From Octopus sinensis (taxonomy: Eukaryota), in contig NC_043012.1 of assembly GCF_006345805.1 (NCBI RefSeq), positions 1,364,001 through 1,428,000 of the forward strand: a stretch of 64,000 bases of DNA, in the 5' to 3' direction. A model generated the notes under the pieces. That model was given only the letters and a program-made list of their open reading frames with translations, had not been told where the DNA came from and did not search any database. A program made the translations under genes and the position numbers. Positions within the stretch are counted from its first letter, which is position 1. Every line of letters starts with the position of its first letter. Shown piece after piece: positions 52,033 through 64,000 of this stretch.

Positions 52033-52398
52033 ATTAAGAATGTGCCACACCCAGCCCGTTCTCCCTTACACTCCATAGCTATTCCAAATGACGCCCTTCC
52101 ACCATCCATTACCGTTACGACAGCAACAACAACAACATTAATATCCCCCCCTTAACGTCAATACCAAGAACAACAATGAAGAGGAAGTGGAAGTGAAGAG
52201 AGGAGAACAACACTACTACCTCATTAAACTCGCACCGACAAAACCATTTGAGCAGCCATAAAATCTAACACCACCACCACCGCCACCACACACCACCACC
52301 ACTACTACCAATACTAGTTCCTTTACCACCACTGCCACTATCACTACAATAACAAAAACAAGAAGAATAACTACAGCGAAGACAGCTATCGCCGCCAC

Positions 52399-52801
52399 AG
52401 GAGTAGCAGTAGCTTTGTGGTAAGTAGCTTGCTTACCAACCACATGGTTCCAGGTTCAGTCCCACTTTGTGGCATCTTCGGGAAGTATCTTCTACAATAG
52501 CCTCGGGCCAACCAAAGCCTTGTGAGTGGATTTGGTAGACGGAAACTGAAAGAAGCCCGTCGTATATATATATATATATTTGTGTGTATATGTTTGTGTG
52601 TCTGTGCTTGTCCCGCCAATATCGCTTGACAACCGATGCTGGTGTGTTTTCGTCCACGTAACTTAGCGGTTCGGCAAAAGAGAACGATAGAATAAGTACT
52701 AGGCTTACAAAGAAAAAGTCCTGGGGTCGATTTGCTTGACTAAAGGCGGTGCTCCAGCATGGCCACAGTCGCATAACTGAAACAAGTAAAAGAGTTAAAG
52801 A
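52399..52801 (+). mobile_element. SINE family A, full length
   Basis: Head, microsatellite and tail present. Confidence 0.9.
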
Positions 52802-52969
52802 GCATACCGCTGCAAAAACAAAGACAATAACCATCAGTATCACGACAAACCACCAGAGCAGCCATCACCACAATCACCACTGATAACACTACAAACACGA
52901 CCGAAATCCCGACTACAAATACGACCAAATGCTACTACAACCACCACTAATACCAACATCACTGCAACT

Positions 52970-53001
<32 letters not shown>

Positions 53002-54825
53002 CAACACCGATACCACTGCAAACTCGACCATAATTACGAATACAACCACCGTTAATAGAACAAAATACCAATACAACCACCACCGATATCACTGCAAGCG
53101 GCACTGCCAATACCACCAATATGACGACTATAACCTCCGGGACAATACCACTGATACTACTGTATGTACTACCAATATCACTACTAAAACCATCGCCGAT
53201 AATACCACTCTCTAGTACCATCACGCAAACTATCGCTGATAACACTAACTGTAGCGCTACAAATGTGACAGGTGACACAATAAGCCCCTAGGGGCACCCA
53301 CCAATGCTACCACATGCACCAGCACAAGCCCCTCCGGTTCCTTTACAAACACCACCGCAAATAGTATCGTAAACCCTTAGCAATATCACAATATGAGCTA
53401 CCACAACTACTACTATGACAGTACCACAAGCAACACCCCCCTACCAGCACCAGCACAACCACCACCAGCACAACCACCACCACCACCACCAACAACAACA
53501 AGAGGAACTACAATAATCACTACTACTACTGCTACTGCTGCTGCTGCTGCTACTACTACTACTACTACTACTACTACTGCTACTACTACTACTACCAGCA
53601 CCACCACCACCACCACAGCTGCTGCTGCTGCTCTCACCAGCAAGTCCACCACAGTCTCGAATGCCAATGCAAATACAAAGACCATAACCATACCAACACC
53701 AACGCTAAGACCATCGTCGCTATCGCAGCCATCAGCACCACAACCACCACCCTAACCTCTATTCCTATAAGCATCAACAACGACACTATCCCGCAACCAC
53801 ACCTCAGCGCCATCTACACAACCATAGGGGTCGGGGTACCTTTGGGTGCTCCATCATAATCACCAGCAGACCGCCAACACATCACCGCTACCACCATCAC
53901 CACCATTGCCATCACCACCACTACCACCACTACCACCACCACTACCACCACTGCCACCAGCATCACCGCCATCACCGCCAGTACCATCATCACCATCACT
54001 ACCACTAACATCGTGATGACAACCAACACCACCTCAACCACCATTACCAACAACACCATTACCACGACCACTAGCACTGCAACAACCACCACAAGCACCA
54101 CCACCACTACCATTACCACTAGCACTACAACCACCACCTTCACAACAACTACCCCCAAACAATACAAACACCATCATCACGAAATCACCATCACCGCCCC
54201 CACCGTGACCCTAATCAACAAAGTAACCAACACTGCCATCGCCGCACCCATCTCCAGCCTCTACTATCCCGGCACAACAATCAACCACTGTAATCGAAAT
54301 GATAAACACCACACCATCACTGCACCCAACACCACAACCATCACCACACAGACTCACACACACACATCACTACACACACACACACACACACCGACCACAG
54401 CACCACCAGCAGCGCCACCTGCCTGTACTAGTGTTTCCTCTTGTCAACACTAAAAAAGGAGAGCAAGAAGTAAAACCCGCCAACCCCGCTCTACAGAACG
54501 TTAGAGCCGTCTTCAGCCAAAACTATGGAGGTATACTATTATTAAGAAGAGGACGTCGTCAGGATCACCACCGCGCCAGCACCAGTACACCCACCACCAC
54601 CACCACCACCTAAACTACTAGCATCGTTACTACCAACGCAGAATATCCCTCCCACACCTTCTCCTCCTCCTCCTCCTCATCATCATCAGTCTCAGCAGCA
54701 GCACTGCAAAAGCGATTCTACTACTACTACTACTACTGTTCCTGCAACTAACAGTACTATACTACAATTACGCAAGTGGTAGTAGTGACAACGGCATTAG
54801 AAATAGTAGTAGCAGTAATTTTATT

Positions 54826-54865
<40 letters not shown>

Positions 54866-55111
54866 CAGCTGTAGTAGTAGTAGTAGTTGCAGCAGCAGCA
54901 GCAGTAATAGTAGTAGTAGTGGTAGTAGTGATGGTGGTGGTGGTGGTTATGGTAGTAGTAGTATTAGTGGTGGTAGTGGTGGTGGTAGTAGTAGTGGTTG
55001 TAGTAGTGGTAGTAGTAGTAATAGTAGTAGTAGGAGGATGAGGAGAATGAAGGGTTGTAGTAATAGTATTAGGAGGAGGAGGAGGAAGAGGTAAACGAAT
55101 GGTAGTAGTAA

Positions 55112-55164
<53 letters not shown>

Positions 55165-56116
55165 ATGGTAGTAGTAGAAGGAGGAGGAGGAGGAGGAGGA
55201 GGACGACGACGACGAAGAGTAGTTGTAGTAGTGCTGCAGGAGAAATACCAATACGTTGAAATAGTGTCCGTTCACGCCTTACAAAGGCAAAACCATATTT
55301 CCCTTCCGCCATTAAACACGAAGGAAGCCGAACAAAATAGAGCACCATTTTTTCCACCCCAGCCCTACAAAATTCTACCACACTCCACCAGACACCATCA
55401 CGCCAGCTGTCTCTTCCAAAACGGCCAAAACTACCACCACCACCACCACTACCACCACCACTACCACCTCCTTCACCACCATTGCACCATTAACATTATT
55501 AATACGCCAGGACAAAATCCAACAACAGCGCCATTAGCCAATTCCTCTCGTAGCTGTTACCAAACAGTAAACATTAGCAATACCATTGACATCAAAACCG
55601 TTACCAATTTCACTATTATTAAATAGGAAAAAAAAAAGAAGACATTGCCACCACCACCACTCCTACCATTTCTACCACCGTTACGACCACAATTAATACC
55701 ACTGCTGCTACTATTAATATTATCCTTATAAGGGTAGCGGTCGTCCTCCATGTTAGAATGTCTACATTATTTTTACCATTAGCATATTTATTTTTATGCA
55801 TTCTTCTTCTTGTCTTCTCTCTTCTTCTTCTTCTTCTTCTTCTTCTTCTTCTTCTTCTTCTTCTCCTCCTACTTCTTCTTATCCTACTTCTCTTCTTCTA
55901 TCTTCTCCTTCTTCTTCTTCTTTCTTCTTCTTCTCTCTTTCTTCTTCCTTCTTCTCTCTTCTTCTTCTTCTTCTATTTGTCTTTTCGTTTTATTCTTTTT
56001 ATTATTTCTTCCTCCTTCTCTCTTTAAGATTATATTATTATTATTAATAATTATTATTAATTATTGTTATGAAGAAGCGATGATGAAATGCTAATAATAA
56101 TAATAATATAATAATA

Positions 56117-56186
<70 letters not shown>

Positions 56187-56189
56187 AAG

Positions 56190-56286
56190 AATAGAGCAAG
56201 AAATTGGTATGACCATAAACCAGAAGGCATTGTAGAAAATAGAAAAGCAAAGATCCAATGGGATCCTATGATTCAGTGCGACCATC
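56190..56286 (+). mobile_element. REL-type retrotransposon internal fragment
   Basis: RARNWYDHKPEGIVENRKAKIQWDPMIQCDH. Confidence 0.7.
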
Positions 56287-56565
56287 TTCATTTCCATATT
56301 TCAATTCTGTTTCCATTTTTTGCCGAAATGTCTTCCTAAAACCTAGGGCAGAGAAGTTCACTGTATACATTGGTAGGCGATTAAAATAAAGAAACCAAGA
56401 TTGCTCATTTGCAAAGTCATCTGATAGAGAAAAAAGGAAAGAGAGAGAGACAGAGAGAAAAGGGAAGATGACGACAATGCTCTTCTCAGTACGTGTGACG
56501 TACAAGTTACGACAATCTTATGCTCTTCTTGCAATGATGGTGAACCAGGAAACTTTCTCAGATGT
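56287..56565 (-). mobile_element. REL-type retrotransposon 3' end, diverged homologue of 57930-58220
   Basis: Shares GACAATGCTCTTCTCA..GTGTGA.GTAC.AGTTA.GACAATCTT and CCTAGGGCA.AGAA blocks. Confidence 0.65.
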
Positions 56566-56567
56566 TT

Positions 56568-56598
<31 letters not shown>

Positions 56599-56674
56599 CC
56601 ATCATGACCATCATCATCACCATCACCACCACCACCACCACCACCATTATTATTATTATTATTATCATTATTAT

Positions 56675-57900
56675 TCAGTAGTTTTATTTTTATAGCATGC
56701 TTTCACTTCACTACCGAGCGCAGCTCTGTGTGCCTTGGGTATGTGCTTGTGATTTGTTGTGATGCTCTGATGCTTATTGTATGGAAACTGTTCTGCGTAG
56801 GATGTGTGCAGTGCCTAGTAGTGCAATTTTCTGTATGTTATAATGTGTTTGTAAGTCCTGGTGTTTTTGTTATGTATTTGTCTGAATATTTTTTTATCAT
56901 GCCTAATGCACCTACTATGATAGGAATTGTTTCTGTTTTCAGATTCCACATTCTAGTTACCTCTATTTCCAGGTCTTTGTATTTTGAGAGTTTCTCCACT
57001 TTCTTTTAGAGACACGTTGTCATCAGCCGGTATTGATACATCAATTAGAAAGCATTTTTTTTCTTCATGATCTCTGACAACTATATCTGGTCTGTTGGCC
57101 TTAATTTCTCTATCTGTGTGTATCGGCATATCCCAGAGTATGGTTGCTTTCTCGTTTTCTGTGACCTTTTCTCTGGTGTGTGCCTATACCATCTCTTTTC
57201 TGTTGTTATTCCTAATGTTGGCATAGCTTCCAATGTATGTAGGTTCCAACTCTGTCATGTCTGTGAATATATTCCTTCTTAGCCAAGACTGGGCAGCTAG
57301 AGATAATATGATTATTGTTTCTTGTCCATCTCCACATATTCTGCAGTTACTTGTAATATTTCTTTTCATTACATGTTTTTGGTAATTTCTGGTGGGGAGG
57401 CTTTGGTCTTGTGCTGCAATTAAAAATCCCTCTGTTTCTTCTTCTGCTTTGAGTCCTGAGCTTCTCAACCATTGCTGGATTTTTCTTGTTCTATTTCTTT
57501 GCGTTTTAGTTTAGTCCAGTATTTACCATGAAGGAGCTTTTCTTGCCATCGTTTTATCATGGTTCGTTGCTGTTCTATTTTAGTTTGGATTTCATTGTTT
57601 TATAGCTTTGTTGTTTCTTCATCTTCTTCTTCTTCTTCATGTTTATTGGGTGGTATGATTTCTTGTTTGTATTGTCAGCTTCCTTAAATACTGAGAACAG
57701 TTTTTTGTTTTGCTCGTGTTTTGCCGCTATCTGGATCAGTTTTCCTTCCTTCTGAAGTAGATATTTTGCAGTCCTATGGTGGTTATTTTATAGTAGTTTT
57801 CCAGCTGTATAAGGCCTCTACCACCTTCTATACGTTGTATATATAGTCTTTCTATGTCAGATTTTGGGTGATGCATCCTAGATCCTGTCATTATTTTCTT
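56675..57900 (-). mobile_element. R4/Dong-like retrotransposon 3' fragment
   Basis: HHPKSDIERLYIQRIEGGRGL, GLKAEEETEGFLIAAQDQSLPTRNY, CRICGDGQETI, QKIALLGTAHILR; flanked by (TAA/TTA)n. Confidence 0.87.
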
Positions 57901-57929
57901 ATTATCATTATTATATTATTATTATTATT

Positions 57930-58220
57930 TTTTTTTTCTTCTTCTTTCAAATTTGCTTCCATTTCTTGCCGAGTGTCTTCCCGACTCCTAGGGCAAAGAA
58001 ACTCATAGTATACATTGGTAGGCCATTAAACCAAACTCAATAGTTCGTTCATTTTAAATTAAAATACATGAGCACAACAAGTTCTCACATCACATCGACA
58101 ATGCTCTTCTCAATAACGTGTGATGTACCAGTTAAGACAATCTTTTGCACTTCTTGCAGGGATGGTAAGCCAGGGATCATTCTCATATAATTTTCGGTCC
58201 CTTCTTGATCATTTCCTAGT
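57930..58220 (-). mobile_element. REL-type retrotransposon 3' end (separate subfamily)
   Basis: MIPGLPSLQEVQKIVLTGTSHV plus a 3' UTR ending in A-rich/(TAA)n. Confidence 0.72.
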
Positions 58221-58332
58221 TTTTATCATCATCATCATCTCCATCATCATCATCATCATTCACCATCACACCATCATCATCACCATCACCACCACCACCA
58301 CCACCATTATTATTATTATTATTATCATTATT

Positions 58333-58652
<320 letters not shown>

Positions 58653-58735
58653 TTATTATTATTATTATTATATTATTATTATTATTATTATTATTATATT
58701 ATTAAATCATTATTATTATCATTATTATTATTATT

Positions 58736-58883
58736 GCTTTTCCACAGCCTCTCACGCTGGAGATGTATTACAGTGTCAGCTGTTCTCTACCAGTAAATTA
58801 AGGTAACACCTCTTATTTTTCGAGCTCCTCCCGGAGTATTCGAGCTGTTCCAAGCAGTGCTGTTTTCTGCAAGCGCTCCACTC
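58736..58883 (-). mobile_element. R4/Dong-like 3' end related to 23127-24140
   Basis: VERLQKTALLGTARILREELEK*; the 3' UTR shares TACTGG..GAA.AGCTGACACT; ends in (TAA)n. Confidence 0.78.
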
Positions 58884-59754
58884 GCAAGTGGCTGGTAAGC
58901 GAGCTGCTTACGATACAACCAGTCATGCGCCACTCACGTGAGGGCGGAGAGGCGTTGAGGATTCTTCCATAAAAAAGGTTTTTATCTCACCTATTTATAC
59001 CACCTTAAAATTATACCTGAAAATGGTGGATTATATGTTATAATGTAATCGATGAATACATAAATAAAATTCTACCGAAGCGACTGTCGTGAATTTTAAA
59101 CCCTACTTGCGTTCATTTTTATACCTACGCCACAACTAGAACCAGCTCTCAGTCTGATCTGCGGTTTAAATAGGATTACATATCTACAGTATCCTACCAA
59201 TATATAAAGCTCTCATGGTTGTTTTACGGCACTGTGAACCCTATGTTATCTGTACGCAGCCATTTCTGGCATCCTATTTGTTGATGTTCTTGGCTTCTAA
59301 TAAATCCTATAAATAAACAGATATATTAATTATAGATGTCACATGCATTAACCACAAACATCAAATCTACTAAACATATGAACTCCTAAGTCATAAACTC
59401 TAACATTACCTGACCACGTTCAACACTGCACATTCACCGTTTCGCTCTTTAAATAAATCGACACCTTTACAGCTGCATCGCCACAATTGCTCTCCAGTTA
59501 CGCCGCCATTTGCAATAACTCTTTCTTTATATTCAGTAACTTCCAAACATTTGTACTGTAGAAAGACAAAACGGTTATAATTTTAGTGCTTTGGCCTTCT
59601 GCGTTCGTAATAGTAGCATTGGTATCATGAGGATGAAGCAGTAATGGAATCAATATGCGGTCGCAAGATCTGCTAGAAATAGCAAATGAAAATGACTCTC
59701 CCTGAGACACAACAGAATAATTTAAGGAAAATATAAACTTTATACTACAGGCGC

Positions 59755-59945
59755 AAGCAAGGACAATTTGGAGAAGGTAGTCGATTACGTTGACTCAAAC
59801 GTACAAGTTGTACATATTTCGCTGACCCCCAAATGATGAATGGGCAAAGTTGAGCTCTGTGGCATTTGATTTAGACTGTAAGAGTGAAAATATTTTCTCT
59901 TAGCATTCTGTGTGGCGTGCTCACGATTCTGCCAGCTCGCCGCCG
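59755..59945 (-). mobile_element. SINE family B, degenerate
   Basis: GTCGATTAC...ATTCTGCCAGCTCGCCGCC. Confidence 0.6.
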
Positions 59946-60287
59946 TGTGCTGAGAAAAGTAATGCAAAATTAGAATTATTTTCATTGAATACTGTCCACC
60001 TTATAGTAACATTCACAAAACCATACTAACGTTAATAATAGCAACAACAATAACAATGATACACTTAACCAGGCAACATGTATTTGTAATCTTGATCTGC
60101 TAAAAATACCAGTCAAACTTCTTTCAAATCACATTTGAACAGTACGTCGGATGTTGTTATCCAGCGTACCCAAATTATCACAGCCCCTGGAATAAAAAAG
60201 GGATAATCCTTGTAACTGATTGTAGACTGGCTTCATCAGGACCAAACTAGAGCTAAAAGACTAGTGTGCACACATGCACTCACATAT

Positions 60288-60336
<49 letters not shown>

Positions 60337-60643
60337 CACACACACACACACACAGAGTCATACAGAGCATAAGAATAACTTCAACAGATGAGTGAGCTTC
60401 GACGAATGCTCTCTCTCTTTCTCTCTCTCTCATTTGCGCCCTCTCACTTGTTCTCTCTTACGTACGCTTTTCCTCTTTCTGTCTGTCTTTTCCTATCTCA
60501 TTTCTGCTCTCTTACTTGCTCTCCCTCACATACACACACACTCTCTCTCTTATTGTCAATCTGTCTGCTTCTCTCTCTCTCTCTCTCATTAGTTAGATTT
60601 CCACAAATATATAATATATATATATATATATAATATATTATAT

Positions 60644-60677
<34 letters not shown>

Positions 60678-60680
60678 CAT

Positions 60681-60772
60681 AAAATCGACCTCGGCGGAAT
60701 TTTAACTCAGAACGTAGTGGCAGACGAAATGCCGCTAAGTATTTTTTCAGCACCCCCTCCGCCCTTAACGCC
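60681..60772 (-). mobile_element. SINE family B head fragment
   Basis: TCGACCTCGGCGGAATTT.AACTCAGAACG...GACGAAATGCCGCTAAG. Confidence 0.75.
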
Positions 60773-61419
60773 CTAAAAATAATAATCATAAAATTAATTT
60801 AAGAAATATTTCGTTTTTGGATTTGGTTTGCAAGATTCTTTATATGAGTTCGTGTGTTGAAGCATATTTTGTTGTCCGGGGAGAGTCATTTTCTTTTTGT
60901 GCCTTATAATTTATATGTATATATATATATATATACATATATGTATATATACATATTATATATATATATCCGTATATATTTTCTTTTCTTTTGTGCATAC
61001 ACAATTTTCTATTGTGAGAAAAATTTAAATTTCCAAATCCTACTTTCGCTTTCCATTTCACGTCCACATTAAGAATTCCATCCGTCCTTCTTTCTTTCCT
61101 TTTTCAGTCGTTCATTCATTCATGCATTCACCCACACTGTATACTTTAGGTCTCCATTCTCATACAATTTCACTACCATTTCACCATTCTCTCCTTTGTC
61201 TGCCATTCACATCAACGCAGTCTTAGAAAAGCGCTGTCTACTTTCTTCACAGCACCACCCTTCTCCTTTCTTTTCTCATACCGCCTTTACAACCATCAAC
61301 CACCAACTACCACTACCACCACCACCACCAAAACCACCTACACCACTACCACTAACAACAACAACAACAGCAATAACAACAGCATCACAACCGAACGAAC
61401 ATCGTCTGACAGACTAAGA

Positions 61420-61640
61420 CAGTTAAACTAACCAATGGCCGTTAATCATTCTATCAACACGATAAGCACTGATTGCATTAGCCTTTTGGCCCGAGTTCCC
61501 ATTGGTCAGAGGTGGACGGACACAGGGCTTGGCCCTATAGCTAACCCCGTCTCTCCACCAATCAATTTCGATTATTTGTCCCGATAGCTTCGCCTGCTGT
61601 CTTCTTTGCACAACTAAACTTTAAACTCTCCTGGCCTATC
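61420..61640. promoter_or_regulatory. Candidate promoter/enhancer island with three CCAAT boxes
   Basis: CCAAT 61432, ATTGG 61501, CCAATCAAT 61558, plus TGATTGCATTA and GATAAG, in unique sequence of higher GC. Confidence 0.3.
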
Positions 61641-62019
61641 TGTCAGTAGGGCTGACTGGCTGTGTGCCTGTATGCCTGTCTGTCTGTGGATCTGTGTGTG
61701 TGTGCGCACGTGTGTATTTGTGTATGTGTGTGTGTGTGTGTGTGCGTGTGTCTATGTGTGTTTGTGTGTGTCTTGTCCGTTCGTCCCATTACTGCCGAAC
61801 AGCGAACAGCATTTGTTCTGGACCAAAAATAAATGAAACAAGAACAAGCGAAATAAAAGAAGGGGAAAAAGGAAAACAATAAAGAAATTAAAAACGAAAA
61901 AAAAAGAAAGAAAAGAAAACGTGAAGAAGAGAGATAAAAAAAAATGGCAGAAAGAAAGACAGAAAGATGTCCAAATGTGACTCACATTCTTTATTGTTCG
62001 GAGCAAGCGATTTCGCCGT

Positions 62020-62071
62020 TAGGAAGAATAGCAACAACAACAACAACAATAACAACAACAACAACAACAAC

Positions 62072-62124
<53 letters not shown>

Positions 62125-62147
62125 TAATAATAATAATAGTAATAATA

Positions 62148-62188
<41 letters not shown>

Positions 62189-62425
62189 AAAGATGATGAT
62201 GATGATGATAATAATAAAAATAACGGCTTATGATGGCATTGTTCTTGTTGTTGATGATGACGATGATGATGATGTTAATGGGGATGATGATGTTGGTGGT
62301 GGCGTTGATGTATTCTGTGGTGGTGGTCGGGGTAGTAGAAGGCGTAGTAGACGAGCCAGCAGCGAGAGTGGCGGTGACGAAGAAGAAAATAATGGAGATA
62401 ATGAGGAGGCTGAAGACGCTACCGT

Positions 62426-62457
<32 letters not shown>

Positions 62458-63207
62458 ATAACAAAGGCAATGGTGATGGAGATGATGCTGATGATGATAA
62501 TGACTATGATGATGGTGTTGATGATGATGATAATGATGATGATGATGATGATGATGATGACTATGATGATGATGATAGTGGTGGTGGTTGTAGTGGTTAT
62601 TGTGGAGGTTTTGGTGGTGGTGGTGTTCATGGTGGTGGTGGTGTCCTTAGTACTGTTGTTGTTGTCGAAGGTGGTGGTGATGGTGGTGGTGGTGGTGTTA
62701 GTGGTTGTGATAGTGATGATGATGATGACATTACAAGAGTCGATACTTCAACATTTATTAAAGCTGACCTGCTTTATCCCCATTATCCTTGTCGTAATCA
62801 AAATCATCATCATCATCATCATCATCATCGTCATCATCATTATCATCATCATCATCCATCATCATCATCATCATCCATTAGCATCATTATCATCATCATC
62901 ATCATCACCATCATCCATCATCAATCAACATCATCCTCATCTTCATCAACACCGCCATCATCATCATCTTCATCATCATCATCGTCATCATCATCATCCA
63001 TCCATCATCATCGCCGTCAGCGCCGTTGTTGTCACAATCGCCATCATTACCACCACCGCCACCACAGCCAATACTAGCACCCTCATCTCCATCATCGTTA
63101 TCGTCGTCGTCATCATCATCAACGTCACTACCATCACAACTACCCCCATCGCCACATCACCAGCTACATCAGCCACCCATCCTCATTATCACCACCATAA
63201 GCATCAT

Positions 63208-63238
<31 letters not shown>

Positions 63239-63650
63239 AGCAGCAGGAGCAGCAGTAGGGGCAACAGCAGCACCTTTATCATCATCATCATCACCACCAT
63301 CATCATCATCATCGTTATTACCTCCACCGTTGTCATCACCATCTCCATCACCATCATCATCACCTTCATCGTCGTCGTCGTCGTCACCATCATCATAACA
63401 ATCATCATCATCATCATCATCGTCATCATCACCATTATCACCACCACCATCGTCATCGTCACCACCATCACCATCATCATCAACATAGTCGTCGTCAGCA
63501 TCACTATAGTCATCACCACCATCGTCATCATCATCATCACCACCACCATCATCAAATTCTACGTCATCACCATCACCATCATCATCACCATATTCGTCGT
63601 CGTCATTGTCGTTGACGTCATCATCATCGTCATCATCATCGTCATCGTCA
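62020..63650. repeat. (CAA)(TAA)(GAT)(GGT)(CAT)n low-complexity tract
   Basis: Directly visible. Confidence 0.95.
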
Positions 63651-64000
63651 TATCCCATATATTCTCTATAAAAATAAACATTTTTTTTTTTTTCATATGT
63701 TCAACGTTGTGAATAATGTCTAACTTGAGATTTAAGATTGGTCGTTTCTCTTTACTCATGCGTCTTCATGCAACCGTGGTAGAGTTTTGTTAAACATTAA
63801 TCAACACACGCACTGCTATCGTTATTCTAAATTAAGTATCATTCGACTAATAATCGTTCCTAACGTAAGCCGCGAGACCTTCATTCGTAAGGGACGGGAG
63901 CAACCGGTCACATCGACCTCTCAACTTGATTGATGCTTTGCTATCGACTCAGGAAAAATAAAAAGCAAAAGCTAACAGAATAAGTAAAGAGCCAAACACA

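Larger units (their letters stand above)
50490..56190. repeat. ~5.7-kb mosaic of pure and decayed trinucleotide repeats (CAC, CAT, TAC, CAA, GTA, CTT, TAA)
   Basis: Directly visible; no long non-degenerate ORF. Confidence 0.9.

Noticed and set aside
52800-54460. Thr-rich mucin-like coding region
   Set aside because: Frames are short and interrupted, with no signal peptide or splice structure; decayed (ACC/ACT)n.
54440-54600. Protein-like island KKGEQEVKPANPALQNVRAVFSQNYGG
   Set aside because: No convincing splice sites in that frame and no recognisable homology.
61944-63712. 377-, 342- and 228-aa ORFs
   Set aside because: Pure trinucleotide low complexity, open in several overlapping frames.

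Overview
Eukaryotic, very AT-rich, microsatellite-saturated genomic DNA. The SINE content and the density of (TA)n/(TATC)n/(TAA)n/(CA)n repeats point to an octopus (coleoid cephalopod) genome; this is inferred, not database-confirmed. I recognise no host protein-coding gene, rRNA, true tRNA gene or CRISPR array. Most ORFs in the track are translations of microsatellites or SINEs. The interpretable content is transposable elements: a young 5'-truncated CR1-group LINE (RT intact except YADD>YADN), RTE fragments (one ending in three C2H2 fingers), two L1/Tx1-clade 3' fragments, several R4/Dong-like REL-endonuclease fragments all sitting in (TAA)n, a Penelope GIY-YIG remnant, a mariner end, two non-autonomous Helitrons, a MITE, and about 30 copies of four tRNA-derived SINE families (working labels A-D). 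The most interesting signals are relationships between elements. The SINE-B tail matches the 3' end of the Tx1-like LINE. SINE-B tails are repeatedly followed by GGTAYT, a motif also present inside SINE-B, giving self-insertions and concatemers. The SINE-A tail matches the CR1 LINE 3' UTR. An unclassified ~550-bp retroposon sits in the same (TAA)n array as the Dong-like elements. There is also a perfect 45-bp inverted repeat, a four-fold tandem of tRNA-like heads, one well-formed candidate exon and a few candidate regulatory islands. All alignments were made by eye and coordinates may be off by a few bases.
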